This document shows positions 27,438 to 40,482 of a stretch of DNA of 64,000 nucleotides, piece after piece. The position numbers and the translations under genes are program-made. Under the pieces are notes generated by a model. That model made no database searches, was not told where the DNA came from, and saw nothing but the letters and a program-made list of their open reading frames with translations. Where the stretch lies: contig NC_043004.1 of NCBI RefSeq assembly GCF_006345805.1, forward strand, positions 98,146,001 through 98,210,000. The letters are read 5' to 3'. The stretch is from Octopus sinensis (lineage: Eukaryota). Numbering within the stretch: position 1 is the stretch's first letter; every line of letters begins with the position of its first letter.

Positions 27438-28627
27438 TATATATATGTGTTGTGTGTGTGTGTGTATGTGTTGCGTGTGTTTACGTCCCCGTTACTTAGC
27501 GGTTCGGCAAGCGAGACCGATAGAATAAGTACTGGACTTACAAAGAATAAGACCCGGGGTCGATTTGCTCGACTAAAGGCGATGCTCCAGCATGGCCGCA
27601 GTCAAATGACTGAAACAAGTAAAAGAGTAAAAGAGTAAAAGATGTATCATCTACAGATATAGAAAACCAATTGTTGATAAATCAGAAATGTCAAGAATAG
27701 GGTAGAGTGAAGGTCTAGGAAAATTTCGTTCTTTACGGTGGATGCAGTTATAGAGCAGAATAGCATTCTGTGTCTCTTGCTTAACGTGGGTATACTGCAA
27801 GAAAACCACAAAATTGCAGTATGCATTTTGAGAGAATTTCTAATATAGAGATAGAGTTCTCTAATGCTCAGAAGCGTATCAGTATCAGTCTATGTACGAA
27901 AATCACGCAACACATTCAGTCATTCACATTTGCGTGTAAGTGTATGTGTGTTTGTGTGCGTGCATATGTGCGCGTGTTTGTGTCTGTGTGTGTATATTTT
28001 TCAGCGTATTTTATACGCCATTCTCTGATTCCATAAACGCCTGGACTACATGAAGACATAGAATTACATACATAACCATTTAATTAATTAATTAAATATA
28101 ATTTCATATAAAATGTATTATTCCTTAAGAGATTTAAATGTGATAGATTGTAATTAATTATCGTAACAACCTGATTAAAATTCAGTTATAACATAATATG
28201 TTTTGTCAGAGATAAACTCAAACAGACTCCATAATCTAACTATTAAACCAGCTATGCTAACAATCTAATATAAGAATTTCATTTTCAATAAATTTGGTAA
28301 TGTTTTTGTTATCCAAAAGATGGATACTTAAATAATTTAGTCATATATTCAGGATTATCTCCTTTCGGTGTAATTATGATAGCTTGCTTCTCATATATGT
28401 AAATTTAGATTCATAATATCTATATATGTATGGTAGGAATGGTGGAATAGATGAATAGTAGATAGATATAGGCATGTATATCTGTTTGTATTTATGCGTG
28501 TAATTATGTATAGGTTGATATTTACATTCTTTAAATGTGTATGTAATTTTATATATAAATTGTGCATATACATATATACGACCACATATATGTGTGAAAT
28601 TGTGTGTTGATATATATATATACATAT

Positions 28628-28696
<69 letters not shown>

Positions 28697-29841
28697 ATGT
28701 GTTGGCGTGTCTTTACGTCCCCGTTACTTAGCGGTTCGGCAAGCGAGACCGATAGAATAAGTACTGGACTTACAAAGAATAAGACCCGGGGTCGATTTGC
28801 TCGACTAAAGGCGATGCTCCAGCATGGCCGCAGTCAAATGACTGAAACAAGTAAAAGAGTAAAAGAGTAAAAGATGTATCATCTACAGATATAGAAAACC
28901 AATTGTTGATAAATCAGAAATGTCAAGAATAGGGTAGAGTGAATGTCTAGGAAAATTTCGTTCTTTACGGTGGATGCAGTTATAGAGCAGAATAGCATTC
29001 TGTGTCTCTTGCTTAACGTGGGTATACTGCAATAAAACCACAAAATTGCAGTATGCATTTTGAGAGAATTTCTAATATAGAGATAGAGTTCTCTAATGCT
29101 CAGAAGCGTATCAGTATCAGTCTATGTACGAAAATCACGCAACACATTCAGTCATTCACATTTGCGTGTAAGTGTATGTGTGTTTGTGTGCGTGCATATG
29201 TGCGCGTGTTTGTGTCTGTGTGTGTATATTTTTCAGCGTATTTTATACGCCATCCTCTGATTCCATAAACGCCTGGACTACATGAAGACATAGAATTACA
29301 TACATAACCATTTAATTAATTAATTAAATATAATTTCATATAAAATGTATTATTCCTTAAGAGATTTAAATGTGATAGATTGTAATTAATTATCGTAACA
29401 ACCTGATTAAAATTCAGTTATAACATAATATGTTTTGTCAGAGATAAACTCAAACAGACTCCATAATCTAACTATTAAACCAGCTATGCTAACAATCTAA
29501 TATAAGAATTTCATTTTCAACAAATTTGGTAATGTTTTTGTTATCCAAAAGATGGATACTTAAATAATTTAGTCATATATTCAGGATTATTTCCTTTCGG
29601 TGTAATTATGATAGCTTGCTTCTCATATATGTAAATTTAGATTCATAATATCTATATATGTATGGTAGGAATGGTGGAATAGATGATTAGTAGATAGATA
29701 TAGGCATGTATATCTGTTTGTATTTATGCGTGTAATTATGTATAGGTTGATATTTACATTCTTTAAATGTGTATGTAATTTTATATATAAATTGTGCATA
29801 TACATATATACGACCACATATATGTGTGAAATTGTGTGTTG

Positions 29842-29900
<59 letters not shown>
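26220..29900 (+). repeat. Tandem triplication of a ~1.23-kb unit
   Basis: Identical ORF-track hits recur at 26597, 27821 and 29053 (spacing 1224 and 1232). Confidence 0.97.
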
Positions 29901-29908
<8 letters not shown>

Positions 29909-29949
29909 GTGTGTGTGTGTGTGTGTGTGTGTGTGTATTGTGAATCGAT

Positions 29950-30458
29950 GTATGTATAAAATAATTAATATGGAAGACGGAATATGACTAGAAGCATTTA
30001 TTAGCGCTACAATCGCTTCAGCTTCATTTTGAACAGCTACCTAGTGGGTGCGGAACAGTGTAATGAAACCAGATGCAATACACAGAGCAAAAGAGCCTTA
30101 TCAAGTGACATAAAATGGTTCAAACAACTTCTTGACCACAACTATAAACAGCCCCTCCTCTATTTATATTAAATAGTTTATGTTTTGTCTTTATTTTTTC
30201 ATCCTGACCACATCTTCCTTACTTAAGCAAATGTGTCTGAACTGCCACCACCTTTAGCATAGAACTTGAAGCGAAAATGAAATGTAAATCTCGTAACATT
30301 TGAACGATGTAATGTCACCTGATGAAGCTCTTTTGCACTATGTCATTACACCGTCCAATGCCCAGTAGAGAGCAGTGCAGAATGAAACCGAAACGATTGT
30401 TCTGCTAAAAATGCTTCTAGCTGCACTCAGTCTTTCGTATTAATTATTTCAAATATAC
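29950..30458. repeat. Diverged inverted pair (~150-bp arms, ~200-bp spacer) with hammerhead-like cores
   Basis: 29950-30111 (-) aligns with 30312-30458 (+); cores read TTGATAA...GAAGC and CTGATGA...GAAAC. Confidence 0.8.
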
Positions 30459-30715
30459 CCTATGTGAACCTCGGAATTCTGGACGGAGATCCAAATACGA
30501 GCGCACAGTTTCACCGATGATGCCTGGTAGCCATACATGATGAACGGGCTCTTCGGGAATACTAACTGTGACTTACCTTAAAACAAGGAAGGATTGGACA
30601 CTGCATTTAATGTCTGCTTACTAAACCTTGATAATTTAATTCTAAATTGACCTTATAAATATATATGTATGTTCATTAAAGTATAAACATATACATATAC
30701 CCACAAATACACGAA

Positions 30716-30866
30716 TCTCCTATGTTTCCGACGAAGAGCTCAGCTCGAAACGTTAAACCCTCCTTCTTCCCTTCTTTCCTGAGCGTCCAATAATACTTTA
30801 ATTGTTCCACGTCCTCGCGTTGTTGTTTTATTTTTTGTTTTTTTGTGTTTTCTTGTTTGGATTAAC
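30716..30866 (+). mobile_element. PLE-like 3' terminal module P1 with minimal hammerhead-like motif
   Basis: GTTT-CCGACGA-A-GAGC(TCA)GCTC-GAAA-CGTT-AAAC; ends TTGGATTAAC+(TA)n. Related copies at 36011-36190 (-) and 38241-38422 (+). Confidence 0.7.
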
Positions 30867-31439
30867 TATATATATACACACAATATCAAACACACATTCA
30901 CAAGGTATGTTTTGCCAGTTCGTGGGCAGGCTGTGGTTTGTAGACTTAAGAGAATATATTTACCTCAAAGTCATACAGAAGCATGAAAACTCACACAAGG
31001 ACCTGTTACATGAGCTATAGACATAAATGTGTCATCTTTGTGACTTTTTACTACCGCGTACTCGAAACGAGACCAAAGACCAGCTGAACCGCCTTCTATG
31101 GCTGTATGCAAAATTGTAAAATTGTATAAGGCACATCTGCTAGTATGTTGTAAAGTTTTATACCACGGAAAATTTTCAAATATAAATGAAAAGCAGCCTA
31201 TGGGATATAAACCTTGTCGAACACACATACACCAACAAATCACAACCTGCCCACGAATTGATAAAACACATACCTTCTGTATGCGTGTTCAATATGGTTT
31301 ATATCTTTCAGGATGCTTCTCATTCATATTTGAACATATACTCACAGGTGTGTATGATTGTGTATAGAAGAATATATTACTCAAAGAAATTCCAACTTCG
31401 TCTGCTTTTCACGTTTTATGTACAATCTTAAAGTAATAT

Positions 31440-33030
31440 AATATAAGATAATATAATATAATGAAATGATAGAATATTAAACGTCCATTCTGATTGATCT
31501 AGTACTTTCATGCATTAAACCATGCAATCTTCAGGTTCACGTAGTAGTGGTGACAGTTATGTTTAACAGTTTTCAAGTGTAGTGAGATGGCTAAACTGTG
31601 TGCCTTAAATACATTTGTATAGGCTTTAGAAAGTTACTTTTTGGAAACTTTATTCTAACCAATCAGTGTGTGACTTTACTAGATTACTTTAGTTGATTGG
31701 TGTGGGTGTCATGGTTTGCTGAACATGTCAAGAAACCTGTATTTCGACTCTGGCCAAAGCAGTAATTGTTGGCAATATATATAGAAATGTTGTAAACAAC
31801 ATTTCCCAGGGATTTTTACATTTCAATTATTATCACCACCATTATCATCTCCTTTATTATTGTTATCATTGTTGCTGCTGCTGTTGTTGTTATTGGTGGT
31901 GGTGGTGGTGATGGTGGCGATGGTGGTGGTGGTGGTGGTGGTAGTAGAAGTAGCTGTGGTAATAGAACTTTAAGATAAGATTATTTTAACTTAACTAGTA
32001 TTTCCCTGCTATCATCATCATGACCTAAGGCCAAACTCTGCGTTTGTTAATATTTATTTTCAAGTTTATAGGCTGTATTTTACTAAGAATCATAACACGA
32101 TCTGTAATTATATCTATTAATTCATTAGTTTAAGCAATGATTGGTAGGACTGCTTTGGCAATGTTGTGGATATTCTGGTGACATGGGTTGTGTGTCACTA
32201 TAAATATTATGACTTCTTCCTGTTTTCCTCTTCTTTCGGTTGTCCTCGTTTGTGGTATAGGTATATGAACACAAAAACCGGAAAAATATTCATCACAGCA
32301 AATATGAACCGCAAAAGCAGAAATTTAATATACTGCCTCAAATGCCTTAATTGTGAAGAACTATATATAGGGCAAACTGGAAATGCTCTATCAGAACGTT
32401 TACGTGTGCACCGACAGCAAATTAGAGATCCAGATGTCCGCCAGATATTTTTTGAGTAATCATCTAGCAACATGTGGTCGGAAAATATTTATATGTCCAT
32501 TCTACAACCAATACAGCCCAAGTGAAATTGAGAGAAAAATCACAAAGAACTTTATTTAATAAATTGCAACCCACGCTAAATAAGCAATAATAGTAATTCT
32601 TAGAGCTTCTATTTCTACCACTACGACCACTTCCACTATCGATAAGAACAATACTAGAGGTGCTTATGATGATGATAACAGGGAAATACTAGCTAACTCA
32701 AGAGAAATGTCAGTAAAAATAAACTTATTTTGGGGTTTAAAGTTCTCTTACCACAACTACCCCTGCCTCCACCACCACCATCACCACTAACAACAACAAC
32801 AACTATAACAACGACAACGACGACTACAGTAATAAAGGAGATGATAATGGTGATGATAATAATTGAAATGTAAAAATCCCTGGGAGATGTGGTTTACATT
32901 TCTGAATATATTACCAACAATTACTGCTTTGGCCAGGGTCAAAGAATACAGGTTTCTTGACATATTCAACAAACTATAGCGCCTAAAGCAAACACCAATT
33001 TACATAAGTAATTTAGTAAAACCACATACA
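31440..33030 (+). mobile_element. Older Penelope-like element remnant with inverted terminal arms
   Basis: 32270-32560 gives NMNRKSRNLIYCLKCLNCEELYIGQTGNALSERLRVHRQQIRDP (GIY-YIG). Arms ~31668-32025 and ~32664-33030 are reverse complements. A hammerhead-like motif lies at 31494-31540 (-). Confidence 0.85.
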
Positions 33031-33144
33031 TACATCCATATATCCATACACGCAAGCATACATACATACATACATACATACATACATACATCAATGCATG
33101 CATACATGCACATATGGCCGCATGCATACATAAATCCATCATTT

Positions 33145-33545
33145 ATGCTTTACTTGTCTTAGTCTTGGAATTGCGGCTTTGCTAGAGCATTCACCTAGGA
33201 GGGTTTAGTCGAAGAACTCGACCCAAGCACTAACTACATTTTTAAAGCCTAACTCATTGTATTCGTCGCGTTTCTTGCCGAACGGAGTAACTAGGGGAAC
33301 ATAAAAGACCAGCATCGATTCTCAGACAGTAAGGGAGTAAAAAACAATGATACACAAACACGCGCACGCACGCACGCTGCTATACTACAAGCTTCTTTCA
33401 TTTCTTTGTCCTGTAAGTTCAGACACAAGGCTTTGGTCGTCTAATGGCTACAGTGAAAGACGCTAACTCAAGGTGCAACGCCGTAAATAGAAGCTGGAGC
33501 TTTGTAGCTGAGAAGCAAGCTTCTTATCACATGTCCATGCCAGCG
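33145..33545 (-). mobile_element. SINE family B, highly degenerate
   Basis: Recognisable GCTAGAGCAT, TTAGTCGA, TTGCCGAAC, CACAAGGCTTTGGTCG and AAGCAAGCTTCTTA pieces in family order. Confidence 0.65.
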
Positions 33546-33956
33546 CTTAGACATCATATATACTTATATACATTTTTAAATATGTAGTTATGTAGATGCA
33601 TATATACATATGTGCATGTGTGCATATATGTGTCGTATGTGTCGAAGGGACAACATTTCGACATTTAAACATATCGGACTTTGTCTGTCCCACGCGTACG
33701 TTTTTTTAGTATTTAATGAATTTTTCCTTTTATGTGTGTGTGTGTGTGTGTGAAATTGCATGCATATCAATATACATGCACACACAGACACTCACATGCA
33801 AACACACACACTCACACGAAGAGACAATGAATAATTGATTCTTTTGTTTGTATGCATGCGCGTGCTTGTGTCTCGGTGTACGTATGTACGTTATTTTAGT
33901 TGGTTTATAAGTGTATGAGTCTATACATGCACGTATGTACGCACACATATGCATGC

Positions 33957-34037
<81 letters not shown>

Positions 34038-34912
34038 CATATGCATCTACGCATATATACATACATACGCATGTGTGTGATACCTATATCTTTTTGCGTG
34101 AGTTTGTATGTGTATGCGTATTGGTGTATAGAGTGTCAAAAGAAATATATATGTGCAGGAGAGAAGGAGAGAAACCGGTAGAGAGATAGGAGATGACTGT
34201 TTGATGAAGATAAAAACAATAAAAGGAGAAGAAATAACGAGACCCACGAATGAGATCACACCATATCCCTGCCACCCCACCTGCACACCTAATCCTGCCC
34301 CGTTTCCGCCCTCAAACCAGCCTATAAATCTGTTGAGCAGAAATGCCGCAATACGGTAAACCGAACATTAAATTATAATAATATCCTCTATTGCTCTAAT
34401 CTCGCCACCAATTTATTCAAGACACTTAAAATTGACCTGAAGAAAGTAACCAAACGATAAACCAGCCATATGAACTAAGCTGGCCACTATTAAGTTTTGG
34501 CTAAGCGGTGGTGACTGTGGTGGTGCCCGTGTAGGAAAGGGGAGAGCATTCAGGTGTGCATTAAGAGAATGTGTTTGTCTCTATCTGACAATCTGTATGG
34601 TTGTGTAGTTTGGAGCTGTTGGGGGGGGGGAGGGGGGAGGGGCTATGATTAAGATGGTGAAACGCTGCAATTCATTTCTTTCGTTCTTTCATCAAAGCGA
34701 TTGCAGGAAACGAGTGAATGGAAATGGTGTTGGTAGATGGGAAGAGTTGACAAACGAGTGGCAGGAAGAGCGATATTTCTACGGAGATCACCATAATTGC
34801 TGCATTGGTATCGTTCTGTAGGTCATAAACACTGCCATGTGTATATACATAATAAATAAATATACGATAGACGGGTAAAGGTAAGTAAACGTGTTTGCGA
34901 ATATCTATCAAT

Positions 34913-35165
<253 letters not shown>

Positions 35166-35293
35166 TATTAATCTAACTCTCCCTCTCTGCATCTTTCTTT
35201 CTCTCTCTCTCTCCCTCTCTCTCTGTGTACTTGTGTATGTGTATGTACGTGTGTACGAGTGCGTACGTGTTTGTATGTGTGTTTGTGAATCTA

Positions 35294-35428
35294 TAGGCGC
35301 ATGTGTGGATGTGTGATAAGAAATTTCCTTCCTGTCCACATGGCCATCGGTTCAGTCTCGCTGCGTGGCACCTTGAGCAAATGTTTTCTACTATAGCCAC
35401 GGGGCGTCTAAAGCTTTGGGTGGATTTG
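35294..35428 (+). mobile_element. SINE family B, 5' half, diverged
   Basis: TAGGCGCATG...GGTTCAGTCTCGCTGCGTGGCACCTTGAGCAAATG...GGATTTG. Confidence 0.75.
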
Positions 35429-35915
35429 ATATATATACACATCTGTGTGTGTGTATGTGTGTGGCTGCGAGGGTAAGTATATATTGCACGTTTATTGTAT
35501 ATGTGTTTGCATATATACATATAATATACACATAAACATGTACAGGCAAGTGCCAAAGAAAATCCTAATAATAGGTGTTCGTATAACAAACAAAGTGCCT
35601 CAAATTATGCATTCTATATCAAAGAAGTGATGCCAAAATGATAGGGTCACTCCACATTTCGTACCTTGTTATTTTTTCTGCGAACCAAAGTTTAAACTTC
35701 TAACACACCTGAAGGAAACGGTTTTATTTTTCATGACCTAATCGAATAATTCAGCCTTGAAAATGTGTCTGAAACGGCTGTAGTGAACCTATAACCTATT
35801 TGTGTTCTTATTTTATATAAACACAATACTTGAAACAATCTTCTCTGTATTCCATTTGGAATTTACAATGGATCATGAAATTGCATACTGGTGTGCGTGG
35901 TTATATAATTTCCTG

Positions 35916-36190
<275 letters not shown>

Positions 36191-36440
36191 GCAGGTAGTT
36201 TTCACGAGGTCACATATATTTGATATATTATATTATATATACACATCTGTGTGTGTGTATGTGTGTGGCTGCGAGGGTAAGTATATATTGCACGTTTATT
36301 GTATATGTGTTTGCATATATACATATAATATGCACATAAACATGTACAGGCAAGTGCCAAAGAAAATCCTAATAATAGGTGTTCATGTAACAAACAAAGT
36401 GCCTCAATTATGCATTCTATATCAAGAAGTGATGCAAAAG

Positions 36441-36491
<51 letters not shown>

Positions 36492-36499
<8 letters not shown>

Positions 36500-36611
36500 A
36501 TCACGTGACCGACCAGACCATCAGATGTTGCTACACATCGCTGGTCACAATGCGTTCGCATTGTTTTAGCCTTCGAATGACGCCACCCCGCTGGCTAAGC
36601 GAGCAGGCCAA
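36492..36611 (-). mobile_element. Solo A2 tail module
   Basis: Only the tail, flanked by (TA)n on both sides. Confidence 0.88.
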
Positions 36612-36747
36612 TATATATATATATATATAATATATATATATATACACATTCAACGAGAGGTGTAGGTGAAAGTGTGCGTATATGTATATATGTAGACAGA
36701 TTCATATACATAAAATAATGTTTATATAGAAATCTATTTATACGTAC

Positions 36748-37157
36748 TAGGCGTAGGAGTGGCTGCGTGTTAAATAGCTTGCTTACGAACCACATGGTTC
36801 CGGGTTCAGTCCCACTGCGTGGCAGATTGGGCAAGTGTCTTCAACTATAGCGTCGGGCTGACCAAAGCCTTGTGAGTAGATTTGGTAAACGGAAACTGAA
36901 AGAAGCCCGTCGTATATATGTATGTAAGTGTCTATATATATATGTGTGTGTGTGTGTGTTTGCATTATTGGGTTTCTCCCTCCCCAACATCGCTTGACAA
37001 CCGATGGTGGTGTGTTTATGTCCCTGTAACTTAGCGGTTCGGCAAAAGAGATCGATAGAATAATTACTAGGCTTACAAAGAATAACTCGTGGATTTACTT
37101 GACTAAAGGTGGTGCTCCAGCATGGGTACAGTCAAATGACTGAAACAAGTAAAAGAA
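36748..37157 (+). mobile_element. SINE family B, full length
   Basis: All modules present. Confidence 0.9.
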
Positions 37158-37460
37158 TATACTCAGACTCATATATGTGTGTGTATCTGCACATCCACAC
37201 ACACACACCTATTTACAAAATCTTACGGACAAAGTTATATATGCCTGCGTGTACATATATGTGTGTGTGTTTGTGTGTGTCCGCGTGTGGTTTATGTGTG
37301 TGTGTGTGTATTTATATAAATATATATGTATATAAATATTTATCTGCATATGTGTGTGTGTATATATATATATGTATATATTATATATATATATATATTT
37401 TCTATATGGATAGATAGATATTGATATCATTATATGTATATATATATATATTCGAAGAGG

Positions 37461-37495
<35 letters not shown>

Positions 37496-38092
37496 AAAGA
37501 GAGAAAAAGACCGCATATTCTCCAGCTGTTGATAGAGATTGCGTTCATCTTGATGGTCATGAACCGAGTGGAGAAACGTTGGTATGAATTATTAATGCAT
37601 TATAATATCAATTAAGGTGAGAATAAGCTCGCAGCTTTATATTTCTTCTAGCCATCTTGATGTAAGTCAACCGATAATTTAAGAATCTTTTCCCTTTATC
37701 ACACATTCTTCCATCTCTATAGAGATGACTGACTTTCCATTTATGGCAGCTGCTATTATAATTTTTTTTTTATTGTTTTTGATATTGTATTTTTATGATG
37801 TGCCATGGTGGAATTGGTGGGTTTGCTTCTCATTTTTTTCTTTATTGCTTTTGTTCTCCTTCCCCATCACCGGTGCCAAACTACTGCGCTTGCAGTAGTT
37901 GCCTGAAAGGTAAAATGAAATAACAGCAGCAACAACAATAACAACAACAACAATAATAATAATAACAATAATAATAATAATTTTTTTATTGGTCACAAGC
38001 GCTTATATATATATACACAATATACATCGTGTTGTACAAAAGTTGTAATGAAACTACGAGAGAAGTTATACAAACATGCATAAATACATACT

Positions 38093-38123
<31 letters not shown>

Positions 38124-38240
38124 CATATATATGTGTGTATATCTAAATATATGTGTTTGTTTATCTATCAATCTATTTGTTTATCTATGTACACACATAT
38201 ATATATATGTGTGTGTGACCGCGTGTGTACCGTTGGCGAT

Positions 38241-38422
38241 TTTTTCCCTCTGTCTTCCCTTCTCTGGATCTTTCCTTCTCCTATGTTTCCGACGAAGAGC
38301 TTCGCTCAAAACGTTAAACCCTCCTTCTTCCCTTCCTTCCTGAGCGTCCAATAATACTATATTTTTGTTCCACGTCCTCGCATTGTTGTGTTTTCTCTTT
38401 GTGTTTTCATGTTTGGATTAAC
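38241..38422 (+). mobile_element. P1 module copy
   Basis: Aligns with 30716-30866; GAAA core mutated to AAAA; ends at (TA)/(TATC). Confidence 0.72.
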
Positions 38423-38429
38423 TATATCT

Positions 38430-38483
<54 letters not shown>

Positions 38484-38933
38484 CTTATGTAGTATGTCTA
38501 GTTTAGCTATTTCTCCGGAGATTGCAAAAATGAAAACAGTCTTCATCGGTTTTCGAAACTTAATGGGTTGTCATCAAGTTTGTCTACATCAATTTGACCA
38601 AATTCAGAGAAACAAACGGCCAATCTGTTTATGTACTCAATAATCCCAGTTGCTACAGAAAACAAGAGTTACTAATTTACATACCAAAATTGTTTAACAC
38701 ATTGTCATATCAATGTCGTGGCAGTATCAAGGAATGATATAGTATATGCAACATATGTAGTAAATGTATAAAGAGAACGAACGAGATGAAGAATACATGG
38801 AGAGATGGAGAGATAAAGAAGAAATAGAGATGGATCAAATGCGATATATATTCAGGTTTAACATTTTTACACATAACACACACACACTCACAATATATCT
38901 ATATATCTATCTCTCTATATACACACACATACC

Positions 38934-39050
38934 ATGTGATCACGTTTCTGACCAGACAATCAGGTGTTATTATACATCACTGGTCACAATGCGCTTTTTG
39001 TATCGTTCTAGCCATCAAATGACGCTACCCCGTTGGCTAGGCGAGCAAGT

Positions 39051-39053
<3 letters not shown>
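38934..39053 (-). mobile_element. Solo A2 tail module, diverged
   Basis: Same 5' boundary as the 36492-36611 copy. Confidence 0.82.
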
Positions 39054-39086
<33 letters not shown>

Positions 39087-39158
39087 ATAGAAATGGTAAG
39101 ACAACAAAAGAATGAAAGATACCTCGGTATTATGTAAATAGAGGAATTTATCTGTAAA

Positions 39159-39403
39159 TATAATATTTGACAATTATTCGGTAGCCATGATGAAACTCTG
39201 AGTTTCGGATGTCAAGGCGGAAACCAACGCCGACATCTCTTCAGTTATCCGGCCATCGAAAAAATGCTATGAAAATGAACATTTACCACGTGTGTTTTCA
39301 TAGCAATTTTTCGATGGTCAAGAGATGGCGGCGTGAGTTTCCGCCCCGACATTCGAAACTCGGAAATTTTATCATGGCTACCGAATAATTGTCACATGTT
39401 ATA
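39159..39403. repeat. Fold-back inverted repeat (~115-bp arms, 19-nt loop)
   Basis: 39159-39275 is the reverse complement of 39295-39403; the right arm has an ~8-bp deletion. Confidence 0.93.
39189..39249 (-). ncRNA. Type I hammerhead ribozyme-like motif
   Basis: GATAA-CTGAAGA-GATGTC[GGCG..CGCC]GACATC-C-GAAA-CTC-A-GAG-TT-TCATC; the right arm supplies TTATC for stem I. Confidence 0.6.
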
Positions 39404-40029
39404 TATATATATATATATGCACACACATATGTGCAAGTAAAACAACCTACCTACACAGAGTTGAGTAACTACCACTTTAGTAGTATGAGAGCACTGACTA
39501 CCTAGAGCGCCCTCAACTCTCAGACCACCAGCTTGCAACTATGCCTCCAAAAGAGATACTGTAGAAATTTGTCCTGAATTAAGCAATACTTTTACGACAT
39601 TCTCTGTGATGTGATCCCTCAGCTGTCAGTAGGAATTTAAGGTAGTTTTATCAAACGTGTATAATTTAGATTCTCGTGCGACTCATTCTTCATTGAATCA
39701 GGAAATTATTCGATACGTCTTCTTGATTCGGCATTGGAGTAGAGAAGTGCAGGTGTCTCCTTTTACATCAACCTAAATTACAAACGGTTCATATGCAATG
39801 GAATTACAGTGCCTTCATGCCTCTTACTTAAGTTCGCTATTACATCCATTTTTCATTTGCTTATAATCCCCTGCGATTCTTATTCTGCATCCGCTAGACC
39901 TAATCGCCAAGGGATAGCACAGTTGCTTTTAGCCTAGCCTCAAATGCCGGTGACAATGAATACTACATAAATTCGCATGCTTCAGGCTTCCACATTGGCG
40001 AATCTAGACGCTGCTACCAATGGTGATTC

Positions 40030-40482
40030 TGGAATTACTGTAGCAGCAGCCACAGGATTCACATCTGATATTGTTGGTGAATGCAATAGCAACATATGGA
40101 TGCGAGACACTAAAGAAAGCTGACCAGAAGAGAATAAATGCATTCGAGCTTTGGTGTTGGAGAAGACTTTTACGGATTCCATGGATAGCGACGCTCACCA
40201 ATGGAGAACTTCTTAACCGGATCAAGCCGAAACTGTCGCTAGAAGCTAGCATCACCAAGCATAGATTGGAATATTTTGGTCATATTATGCGGAGAAAATC
40301 CCTGGAGAAGGACATCATGCTCGGAATGGTCAGTGGCAAGAGAGGAAGAGGCTTGACGCCATCAATAGTGACAGGGAATGGCCATAGCCAATCTGAAATA
40401 AGCGACTCAGGATAGAACTAGCTGGAGAACACTGATCCTTCGAGCAACCGAGAGTCAACTTCGACTGAGCTGATAGATAGAT
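40030..40482 (+). mobile_element. RTE-clade (BovB-like) LINE 3' fragment
   Basis: AIATYGCET...RINAFELWCWRRLLRIPW...YFGHIMRRKSLEKDIMLGMVSGKRGRG; ends in a short (GATA)n tail. Confidence 0.92.
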
